Source: Peribolospora baueri (Eukaryota). Taken from it: a stretch of 64,000 nt of DNA. Where the stretch lies: contig JAMDHS010000033.1 in assembly GCA_029717555.1 (NCBI GenBank), positions 124,001 through 188,000 on the forward strand, written 5' to 3'. The notes beneath the pieces were generated by a model. That model saw nothing but the letters and a program-made list of their open reading frames with translations. It did not search any database and was not told the origin of the DNA. A program made the translations under genes and the position numbers. This document shows positions 47,550 to 58,700 of this stretch, in pieces; positions within the stretch are counted from its first letter, which is position 1; the number at the start of each line of letters is the position of its first letter.

Positions 47550-49020
47550 TGGCGCTTTCTCTTTCCTCCTTTAACCCGTCCGCAGGTGTTCACCCGTGCA
47601 CGCGTCCATATCCCCGCTTACGTCTCAAGGGCACCAATTGCCATCCTTATTCCTCCTCCACAACAATGCAACAACAACTCCAAGTCCGTCGCTTGTGCTT
47701 CGCCTCGCCTCGCCTCGCCTCACTCTGACTTGGATGCGCTTCCCCACGACTCCGCTCTTGCCTCGTCCACCCTCCCTACCCTCTTGTTCTCCTCTACTTT
47801 CCTCGACGTCGGCCCTCCGTCTCGACAGATTGCCCCACCTCTTCTCTTCTCTTCCCTCAACTCGACCATCGTGTCCGTGCCCGCATGCTGTGACGCCGGT
47901 CAAAAGCCGACGCTTGTGCGCGCCCCCACCCGATGCCCTTGTCGTCCGAACGCTCCTTTCCTTTTTCCTTTCCTTTTCCCCTCCCTGTCCCTCTTCCCTT
48001 CCATTCATCTTCCTATTGGGGCCTCCTTTCACCAAGGCCATCATCACCTGACTACTTACGACACTCGAAAGGCTTTTTTTCAGCCTGTTCGACCTCCCAA
48101 CCTTTCTGCTCTTGACGTACGACCCGTCAGTCTGCTTCGAAGTTCGACGTTCGACGTATGCCCCCCGCCCCCCGCCCCCCCAGTCCGCTTTTATATTTGA
48201 GCTACCAAAATTCGATCACGCCTTCTTCCGTCGTTCCTCCCTTTCTCCCAACAACCACTCTCCCGCGGCCCTTCTCTCCCATCAGTTCAATCGCGTCGGA
48301 CCGTCTGGGGCGCTTTGGGTGCCGATCGAAGTGGCGTCGTCGCTCGTTCGCTTTCTCCATCGGATGAGGAGGAGCAGGAACGTGAACGTGGGCAAAACAC
48401 CTACCGCGCATCGATCGACTTATCTCCAGCCGCCGCTCACCCCACCTTCGCTACGTTTCTTGTACTCTTAGTTTATCGCTACGCTTTCATTTTCGCTTCC
48501 CTTCTCTCTCTATTCTCCCCCTCGACTCGTCGGACCAGCGCGCCGGCCTGTCCATTTTTTATCGAACATTGGACCGTCGGACTGACCCGCCTCCATCGAT
48601 CGTCGATTGGCTCCTCTCCAGCTCGGAGCTTTCCATCCCTCCTACCCCACGTTTCGTCTTCGTCGCTTGTTTTTTGTCCCCCTCCCTCTGCTCCTTCCTC
48701 TCTTCCTTATTTCCTTCCTCCCTTCCTCCCTCTCTTCCTCCCTCCCTTCGCTCGCTTGCTAGCTTCGGTTCATGATCCCCTCAGTCAAGGTCGATTCCCT
48801 GCGGCTTCCCACCACCCTTCTGGTTAGCTATTTTTTTTCTCACAAGCTTCTTCCGAATTTCCCTTAGTTACGTTCGCGTTCGATTGCCGATTTCTTTTGT
48901 CCATCCATCCGTTCGCCCCCGGCGTCACTTCACCGCCCGCCGGCCCCCGGCTTGTCTGCAATGACGAACGTTCGCGTGCGAAGTCATACTCGTGTCCGCC
49001 TGTCTACATATCTAAGCGGA

Positions 49021-49956
49021 TCATTTCTCCTCCTCCCCCCCCTCGCCTTCTCCGTCCCCATCCCCATCCCCATCCTCCCCGTCCGCCTCACGCGCCTTCC
49101 CCTTCCTCCGCTGCTTCTTCGCCGCATTCCGCTTCCGCTTTCGCTCCTTCTCCCATCGCCGCTCCAGCTTGGACGTACCTGGGTTGTAGAGCAAGTCGAG
49201 CTATCGAGAAAGAAGAAATTATGCACGCATGTGCGAGTCGGTTAGAAAGATCTTCTTCTTCTTCTTCAAGACGAGTCCGGCCCGGCCTCACCCGCTCCTG
49301 CAAAATCTTTCTCGCCCGCCGCCGGTTCTGCTGCAGCGAGCGCGTCTCCTGGCAAGTGATGCGTAGGCCCGTCGGTTTGTGCACGAGTGAGACGTTGATT
49401 GATGTTTTGTTGATTTTTTGTCCGCCGTGTCCACCGCCTGTTCGGTCGAGTGGGAGTGGGGAAGGGGAAGGGAGGGGGTGGGGATGCGTGTTAGATGAAG
49501 CGGTTGGATGGAGATGGGAGAGATAGATGGAGAGGACAGATGCCCACCTCGGATAAACGTCTCTTCCAAGTCCTCCTCACGCACTTCCGGAACCACTCGC
49601 GCCGGCGGATGCCCTTCGCGCTTGTTCGCCCTGACTCCATCTTTCGACGACGACGATGGCAGTGACGATGCCGACGAGCTCGGAGGCGCTCCTTCCTCTC
49701 CGTCTCGCGCCTCGCCTCCGTCCGTTTGCGCTTTTGCCGGTGAGGGCGATCGGACGGACAGGGAGGCGACCGGCCGGGGGATGGACATGGGGCCCAGCCG
49801 GGCTCCTCGACCTGGCGCGGTCGCGGGAGGACCAAAGGGAAGGAGGACGTGGGCGGCCGGGCGTGGTCGCAGCGGCCACAAGACGGGTGCGAGAGGGACT
49901 TGTGCGAGACATGCCCTCCGCCATGTCCTCCGGCACGCCCGTCCGATAGCCGTCAT
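49021..49956 (-). CDS. Mitochondrial class-I release-factor-like rescue factor (C12orf65/MTRFR type), 3 exons
   Basis: Spliced product [71 protein letters not shown] plus a basic tail (KERKRKRNAAKKQRRK). GGQ motif. Arg-rich presequence from ATG 49956 (start inferred). Confidence 0.88.
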
Positions 49957-50192
49957 TCTGGGGACAGCGTCACCATCGCTGTAAAAAGAAGAGTTCCTAG
50001 GTCTGTCGTCTCTCTCCATACACCTCGTTCTTCCGACCACGGACCTTCGAGTCCGCCGCAGCGGCTTACGTACGCCGACCGGGCGATGCTGGGGCGCTGC
50101 TCGTTGACGACCCGGCGGCAGCTGGGACTTGGTACCCTTCGTACCACACCTCCCACTTCGAAGATACCGATTTTCAGTTTCGATTTGACGCC

Positions 50193-52340
50193 ATGGACGA
50201 CAAGGAAGTGAAGGGCTACGTGCTGGACGAGGATGACGTCCCTCGCCACGGCCACGACGACACGGAAACCTCCTTGGCCGAGGCGATGAAGGATCAGGGA
50301 GAGCGCCAGTCGGCGGCGACGGCCGATGCGCCCTCCGCTGAATCGTCCAAGCCTTCCTCTCCGGGTACCATGGAGGGCTCCCCTCCCGCATCGTCGGCGA
50401 CCGAGGAGGAGACGGGTGGAACCCAACAAGTACGCCACTCGCCAACCCCGTCGGCGGCCCAGGAGGAGGAGGCACGATCGCCGCCGCCGCCCGAGGTGGA
50501 AGCGCTGAAGGGCATGTTTCCCGACATCGACGCCGACGTCATTTTTGCCGTGCTCCAGGCCAACGAAGGGAATCAGGAGACTGGTGCGCGTGCTGTTCTC
50601 CTCTGGTGGATGCGGCTCGTTTCCAGGCCGCTTGACCGCCGGCGCAAGCTCACACGTCCCCCCTCCTTTCCTCACTCGTTCTCCCTCGGCCCAGCGCTAA
50701 ATCAACTGCTCACGATGAACGACCCGGACTACAAGCCATCTCAAGAGGAGCAGGACGAACAGCTTGCACGACGCCTCGCCGCCGAGCAGCAAGAGCAGGC
50801 AGCCCAGGCGGCCGCTGCCGCGCATGTCGGCGCCGGCGCCGGCCCGGGCTGGCATCCCCAGGGACAGGGCCAGGGCCAGGCGCACGCTCCTCAGGCGGGA
50901 GAAGTCGGACAAGGACAGGGAGAGCACCAGTACACGAATCTCGCGTATCAACCCAGGGTCCGAAGGGGACCGCCGCCGCCGAACGCGAACATGAACGTGA
51001 ACGCGAACAGGCTGGCTCACGCCGGCGAGAACGGAGGGACCGCATATCCTGGTGAGCCTTCGGCAGCACATACGACGGCGGGCATACCCGCGGTCGTCGT
51101 CGATCATCGTCGAGGCCACGTTCACTCAGACCGCCTCTTCCTCCGTGTCGGTCCGAAAGACGCCGGTCAATGGTCGGAAAACTTGAATCGTTTCGCCGAT
51201 GGTGAGGTGGCACGTTTGCGTCTTTGACCTTTATTTATTTATTATTTTTTTTGCTCTGTCTCTCGCAACTCACAACTTGACGTCGTGCTTTCTCTCTCCT
51301 TGTCTCCTTCCATTGCAGAGAGCATGAAGAAAGCCTCTGCGATGTTTTCGTCCATTAAAGCCCGAGCTCAACAGTTTCAAGCTGGCCAAAACTCCGCCGG
51401 GAATGGCTCACAACAGGGCCCTCAAAGCGCGGACCAGCGAGAAACGTACCGCCGACAATTCGATTTTGGCCATCCCAACACGGGCGCCTCTCGTGCCGCC
51501 CCGCATTTCGATTATGACCGCGACCCGCAGAACGTCAGCGACGACCTGTCGAGGTTGAGCGTCAGTGGGAGAGGAGGTGCGACATCAGCAGCGAGAGGGT
51601 CTTCTCCTACCCCCGCCCTTCCCGGCCGCAGGCAGAGCGCCAACTCGGCGGCCAGCTTTACCAGGCCAGGCCTGGCCAATCGATACGATCCGGCCGCAGG
51701 TGGCGCTCCCCGATTGGGCCGCGCCGCCGCAGGTATGACCAGAGGTGGGTCGATGACTCACGGCTTTTCTCCTTGATTTGAAGCTTTCTCGCGTTCAGTC
51801 TGGCCTGATCTGATCGCCACCTGATCCTCTCGTCTCGTACTGGGGGACAGGCGCCGCCGACGTTCGTACAGCCCCCGTCGCGAAAGACAAACCTATTGTC
51901 TCCGCGGGAGACCATAGCAAGACGGGTGAGCGGCCTTGAGTAGCCATGCTCGGATCGGAGTGCCCCAAGTCGAGTCGAGATCGTCTCGCTCATCTCGCTT
52001 GTCCCTTTGCCCGTCCCCTCGACAGCTCGCACGGCAAAGGTCGAGGACGTTCCGGACGCAGGCGCTCAACGTCTTCACACGACAGATGCTGAGAAGCATG
52101 AGTCGGACGATGACCGTGAGTGCCGTGGACCTTTGAAAACAGGTGTTCCCGATCGTCGGCGAGAGGTGACCGATTTGACTCCTTCCGCTCGCCTCGGGCG
52201 GGGCCTCGTGTGCATTCAGTCGAATATGTGGTGAGTCAAGACGAGATAGATTCACGCACGCCCTTGGCCGAACCTCATCCACGCTTCTCTCTACGCCCTA
52301 TGCCCCTCTCTAGGCCAACCCGTTCGAAGACGAGGATTAA
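50193..52340 (+). CDS. CUE-domain ubiquitin-binding protein, Cue5-like, multi-exon
   Basis: CUE domain VEALKGMFPDIDADVIFAVLQANEGNQETALNQLLTMNDP (MFP and LL motifs); QDEQLARRL; C-terminus DDDLEYVANPFEDED built via an 11-nt micro-exon at 52220-52230. Confidence 0.8.
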
Positions 52341-52733
52341 ACCGTGCCCTGCGCACTCATCCCTTTACTTGATTGAAACGCTTCTTGGTGCCCTCTCTCC
52401 CCATGTATAGCCGTGACAATGATATCCATCGCTTCGTGTCTTCCTCTCCAACGTGGAATACGAGCTCGGCTGTGTGCTCGCTTGCTAATCGTATCCTACG
52501 TAATAAATCGCTCGTACGATTGACGAGGCCGGGCCGCTGTCGTCCCACCGGCCGAATACTCTCAGGGACGCGATCGATGATTTACGCGTGCGACGCGGAA
52601 ACGGAAGCGGAAAGGTGTCACCGGCGGCAACCCCAGCGCGCTCAACGTCCGTCCTTCTCTCCCTCCACATCAACTACGTACAGCTCGAAAGTCTCCTGAG
52701 GGCGCCCTTTTCGCATCGTCCCCCTTCTTCAGA

Positions 52734-55700
52734 ATGGGCTCGCGTTCTGATGGTCAGGGTCCTCGGCCTGACGAGTTCGTCGCCGCGATCCAAGGCCTCT
52801 CCGGGGAGCAGCGGAACGATCTTCAAGCCGCCATCGCAAGCGGAAACCGGTTGACCGGCTTCTACCCTCTGGCTTCTATCATGCCCGTCACGCAAGGTGA
52901 GTGGTGATTGGATCGTGAGACGACGGTAGACAGCCACCCATGGCCACCGCTCGCACCCTTCCGGATTTTCCCTGGAGAGTTGGCCCGTTGGGGCCCATGT
53001 GCTCGAAGTGGGAATGGGAATGCGGAGCCCGTCTCGTCTCGCAAACGTTTTGCGCTCGGGCACACACTGACCTCTGGGCTTGTGCACTCCCCGTCTCCTG
53101 TACCTCCCTTTCCAGTCGTGGAAACCCTCACTATGGAAGTGCCTTCCGCAAGCGAGTTCCACGCCGCCTCTCGCTTCCTGGATGCCGACTCGCTTCTCGG
53201 AGATATCGATCTTGACCTCTCCGATCAGCAGCGCCAAACGCTCGAAGACGTGGCTTCCAGGCGAGGTCCGCGGTCGGGGATGGAGAGGCATTGGGAAGAG
53301 CAGGTGCGGGCGGCTACTGAGATGCTGAGAGCGGAGCTGCGACAGGAAGCTGGGCCTCTGTGAGTATTTTCTTTTCGTCCACCCGCATGAGAAAAGAAAA
53401 GTATTGTCCCTTCAGAGCATATACACATTCATGTGCTCTCCAAGCTCATCTCTCGCTACCTTCACTTTTCACCCAGGCCACTCCGTCGATCGTCCACATT
53501 TCCCTCAGCCGCTCCGTCCGCCCACCATCCGCCGCCTTCGACCGAAGAAGTACGCAGGGCCTCCGCACTCGACCCATTCGCGGCGTCTGTCATGCGAGGC
53601 CTCAACCTCCGTCAGCAGCCGCTGGAGCCGGCGCGACCCCTACAGGAGTACGACAGGGAGGCATCGTCAGCCTTCTTTGGCGCATACACGAAGACTCTCG
53701 CAGAAGAAGCGCGGCAACACCGCGAGTCGGAGCGTTTCCGGGCTGAGGCAGCGGCCAGGCGACAGGAAGAGCAACGGCAGCGTAACCAGGCGCGAAATGG
53801 ATTTTCCTCCGGCGTCTCAGAGCCACGTAACTCGTCGCCTCTAAAAGCCAGCATGACACCGCACAACAGTTCGGTCCTTTGGAACTCTCCCGGATCGTCG
53901 GGCGGCGCGTACTCTCCCCAGAAGACGGCCGGGGCCTGGACGACGCCAGGTGAAAGCCCAGGTCCGTTACAGCTCCAGTTGGTAGGATCCTCCGTGAATG
54001 GGCTGAGGAATGCAATGTTTCCTCCGCTCCACGACCCGAGCTCGCCCACCGGTCTTAAGCGCAAAGGCACCGAGGACGGCGGTTCACCTTCTAAGAAGGT
54101 GCAGTCGCAACCATTTACGCTCGACCCATCCAAACTCATGTTCGTCTCACCAACCATGCTTCAGCAGCCTACAAAGCAGCCTTCTCCATCGCAGATGCCA
54201 AGCCAGTCTTTCGACCGTATGCTCGTCGATAATTCCTATGGGCCCTCACCTTTGTCTACGCCTTCCGCGGCACATTACCTCAAGACGTCCTCTGAGAGCG
54301 CAGGAATGGGATCTCCCCTGTACTCTGATAAAGGTAAAGCAAGGGAGATGGGCGCTTTCACCAGTCCTCCGGCTAGTGACGATGAGATGTACGACGACGA
54401 CCTGGATGCGGAGGGCGACGACGACGTCGAGTTCCTCGGCGGCCGGTTCGAAACGAGGAGTAGGTCGGGGAGCGTCGTATCCCGCGGCTCGCGTTCGGGC
54501 CGCGCTTCATCGGTTAGCAGGAGCGGAACAGGCAAGACGCGCGTTCACAAAGGCGATACCAAACGTAAGCTCTCATCTCTTTATTTTGAATATTGCGGAC
54601 GGGCTCCGAAGGTCTGTCTCGCTTACATGCGTTCTCTTCTATCTTCATCGCGGCCTGCGCAGCTGCGATCATCAGGCTGCGAGACCTTCTCGAGGATCTC
54701 TTCGAAGCCGACGATACGCTTCCGGACGTCGATTCCATCAACGCAGAAGATGGCGACGTTATGGGTCCGCCCTGCGACGCATTCTTCTTCATCCCACCTT
54801 CCTGGCGACTTCAGTTGGGCGAAGCTGTCATTGCGTCAGGCGATCGGCAGCCGATCCTTAGGCCAGGTACCGTTCGCAAGCTCCTCAAGCTAATCAACCT
54901 CACCTCTTCCGATGCGGGAAAGGCCTCGAACGCGAATGCGAACGCGAATGCGAACGCGAATGATGACCCGATGAAGGCTACTCCAGAACGTCTCGCCGAG
55001 CTGGACCCTCAGGAGTTGAGTCGTCTGCTTAGGATCTTGGAGAGAGGCCTCAAGGCCGGCGAGGATCTGGAGCTATTCGAAGCCGTCCGTTCTCTCTCGA
55101 AGACCAAGGCTCGGTCGAAATCCCGAGTCAGAGGGGCCGGCAAGCAGCAGAGGCGTCATCGTGGCTCTAGCACACCCGGTCCGGACCAGGATGCCGAATT
55201 TGACGGACTCGGAGATGACGGGTCGGCTGCGGAGGAGACTAAGATTAATACGAATTGGGGCGCTAAGACCGATGTGCACCTGGGAGATGAGGATCTGGAG
55301 ATGTTAGGCAAGGCCCTGAACGCAGCTGCCGATAGCGTGCTCGCGGCTGAATGCTGTCTAGCCCTCCTCGCTGCCGATCAGCTGCCAAAGCAACTCTACT
55401 CCGAAGACCTCATAAGCTCTTGCTTCTCGGTGGTCAAGAATCACCTTTCGAAGATTGTCTATCCCTTCGTGGAGGCTTGCGCCGATTTTACCGGTGAGTC
55501 TTGCCAGCCAGTTGTGTGGTCTTTGAGTTTGTGGCTTATTCCATCCGGTCGCGCGTCCACAGAAGCGGAGCGGTCAAACCCATTCCTCTTTCAGCTGGCA
55601 TCCCGCATGGCGACCGAGACCTCGGCCAAATCTTCTCTCTCCCGCGTGGCCATACCACTCTCTCGACTCTTTCAAATCCTGTGTTCAGCTCTCGCTCGCA

Positions 55701-58700
55701 TTCAGCGCTTCAATCGCACGAGTCTGATACCCTTGTCCGAGGCTATCACAGTCACAGCCGTCTATGTCAGCGTTGGGCCTTTCTTCGTCGTCGAACCTGC
55801 TGTCACTGGAGAATCGTCGAAGGCCGGCGGCAAGAAAGCTATGAAGGTGTTTGGTGGTCAATCGGCCCTCAAGGGTCTCCGCATGACAGCTTTGGCTCTA
55901 CTTCGGGATGTGAGAACTCTGCGATTCCCTGAAGGCCCACACGAGATGAAATGCTGACGTGGTTCTCCGTTCAGATCTTCGCCCGGCACGTAGGCCAGCG
56001 ACAGTGGATCTTAGAGGAAATTCTGAGCTCGTTGACCAAGATCGACATGAAGAAGCAGAGGCGGCAGTTCCGGTTGAGTCCTCGGCTTTTACGGCTCCCG
56101 CCTCGCCAGCTAGTCTCTCTGACCATCCTCCTACACTTTGCAGACTTCGGGACGGGAAGGTCATTCATACCACCTCTGCGCTCCTGATTCAGCTCGTCCA
56201 GACGTGCGCACAGGGAATCTACGACACTGGGAGGGCGATCGAGACGGACGTGGACGGGACAGAGATGTCGAAGGAGGACCGGATGCATGTGCTCTGGCAG
56301 GAAAGTCTTGACAGTGCCCGGGATTGCTCTAAAACCATAGCAGTTTTTCTCATTCAAAGGTGGCTTTCAACGAACTGTTGTGACCGCATTTTTAGACTCG
56401 AATGACTGACCAAGTCTTCCGTACGTTTTTAGGGCGGCTTCGAGCAAAGCTGCAAAATCCTCTCTTGACGGAGATTATCGCATGGTGTTGGACAGCTTCG
56501 TTTCCGATCTCTTGTCCATTCTGTTCCTTCCGGAGTGGCCCGCCGCGAGTTTACTCCTCAATGTTTTGTGCAAGGCATTCGTGAGTTGCAGCCGTTTTTG
56601 ACGAGAGCGTGAGGAAAGGTATACTCACTCTTGCTGCTGCCTGTCATCATCAGATGGCTTCACTCGATGAGAGCAAAGGCAATGACACGGGGACTGGCAA
56701 GGCGATCGCCATCGAGCACCTTGGCTCCATCGGCGCGCGCCTTCGTCAGAGTGCCATTAAACGCGCCACCAGCGGTATTCGTCCTCTTTCCTCGGTGAGC
56801 TTTTTTTCCTTGAAATGAACGCTATCAGCCTTTGGCTTCCCGGCATTTATCCCTTTGTCTCTAATTGGTATCCAGGCCGTCGAGCAGTGCAACGTTCAAG
56901 ACCTCGACCAGCTTTGCGCCGCACACAACGAGATTTTCGCCTACCTGTCCAAGTCGGCATCTGACGACGCCGCTTGCGAGGTAAGGCTGCTTTTCCAATC
57001 GCTGTTGTTTGGACGAGATCACCAATTTGCCACTTCCCTTTCCCTACAGATTGCCGCTCGATTCATGTCCTGTTCGTGGGGCATTGAACTCCGGCAGGTG
57101 GAAGACCATGCTACTGCTCAACTGAATATGGCGACAGAAGACGAAGCGAATGGCGACAATTTGGAAAAGAAGAGATCCATGTTGCAGTTGCTTCGGGGTG
57201 CCTTGTACTTGCTCTCCTCGGGGAGTAACCTGGCGAGGGACAATGTCTTCGATATGCGGTGAGTGAACCACCCATCTCGCCAGTATCGCCCCTCTTCTTG
57301 TAAGCTCAACCTATTGCTTGACTTCTTTTAGTGACAGAGGCGAGGATGAACACGTGGACGTCCTCTCGGAACAGATCGCCTTTGCTATGGGCTCTATGGC
57401 AGCGTTCGACCTCGTCTTGCGCATGATCTCAACAGCTCTCGAGTCTTCGGCTGTTCAGCTCCGTACCAAAGCGCTTCGTGCCTTAGGACTGATTGTCACG
57501 GCTGACCCTGACGTCCTGTCTTTGGTGAGCGTCCAGCATATACGTTCCCTTCTCGACTTCCAGTCGGATGAATTTTGATGGAAGAGGACTAATCGTATGC
57601 CTTTTCCCATGTCTCCCAGACGGCTGTGAGATCGTCAATCGAAGGTCGCGTGCAGGATCCTTCGACTGCCGTCCGCGACGCCGCCATCGAGTTGATTGGC
57701 AAGCACATGCTCCAGAAACCCGAGCTGGTGCCGGCGTACTACGAACTGATAAGCAAGAGGATTGCGGTAAGCACCTGGAACAAGAATATCAAAAATTCAG
57801 GCTTTGTGCACTTCTCATTCTCGTTGCTGTTGTCATCTGTAGGACACCGGTCTAGCTGTTAGAAAGCGTGTTGTTCGTTTGCTTCGCAGCATATATTCGC
57901 TGACGGACAGCAAGAAGATCAAGACAGACGCATGTCGTCAGATCGTCCTGTCTATACGCGACGAGGACGATGGAGTTCAGGTGAGGATTGGACCGGGGAC
58001 TCATCCATCTTTCCACGAGTCATCATCTTGCTGACCGAGCGCTTTTTTATGCGCGCTGCGCTCTGGCAATTAGGATTTGGCTGTGAAGACTATCGATGAG
58101 ATGTGGTTTGGACCCGATTCGGACCATGCCGTAGACTTATTTAATGGTGCGGCGACGACATCGAAGACCCATTTGGTCGAGACGAGTTCCGTTCTACTAG
58201 GCGTGGTCAGCGCTATCGGTGAACGCAACTCAGTCGTCGAAGAACTGTTGGGAAAAGTACGTTGCTCAAATCATACTCAGGCCCGGTAGCCTTTGCTAGT
58301 GTGCTCACTCTCGTCTTTGCGTTTCAGATCATCGCAAGCAAGAAGGGCGACGACGCGGAACGCATTAACTCGCAACTGCAAGGCCTCTGTGACTGCTTAC
58401 TGGAAAGCCTGATTGACGAAGGTGATGCGGGATACAGGGTGAGTCGAAAGGTGACGGACAGATTACCTGGAGTCAACACTTATGCTTTTTTTCCCGTTCG
58501 GTAACCAGCCCGTCAACTGCATCAGGACTGTCCACGTCTTGGCCTCTACAAAGCCGTCCCTCATTTCTACATCAGTCGCCACCCGACTGCTTCCCTATCT
58601 GAAGGGAGCCACCACTGTTAGTTGCACAGGCGCCCAACACTAGTATCTCACCCTTTTCTGACCCACGTACGTTCTTTCATCCACCCTTTGTCCAGGCGGA

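Noticed and set aside
49957..50475. Upstream part of the 395-aa minus ORF overlapping the CUE gene
   Set aside because: It is an antisense shadow in GC-rich sequence. Only the part from ATG 49956 fits the release-factor gene.
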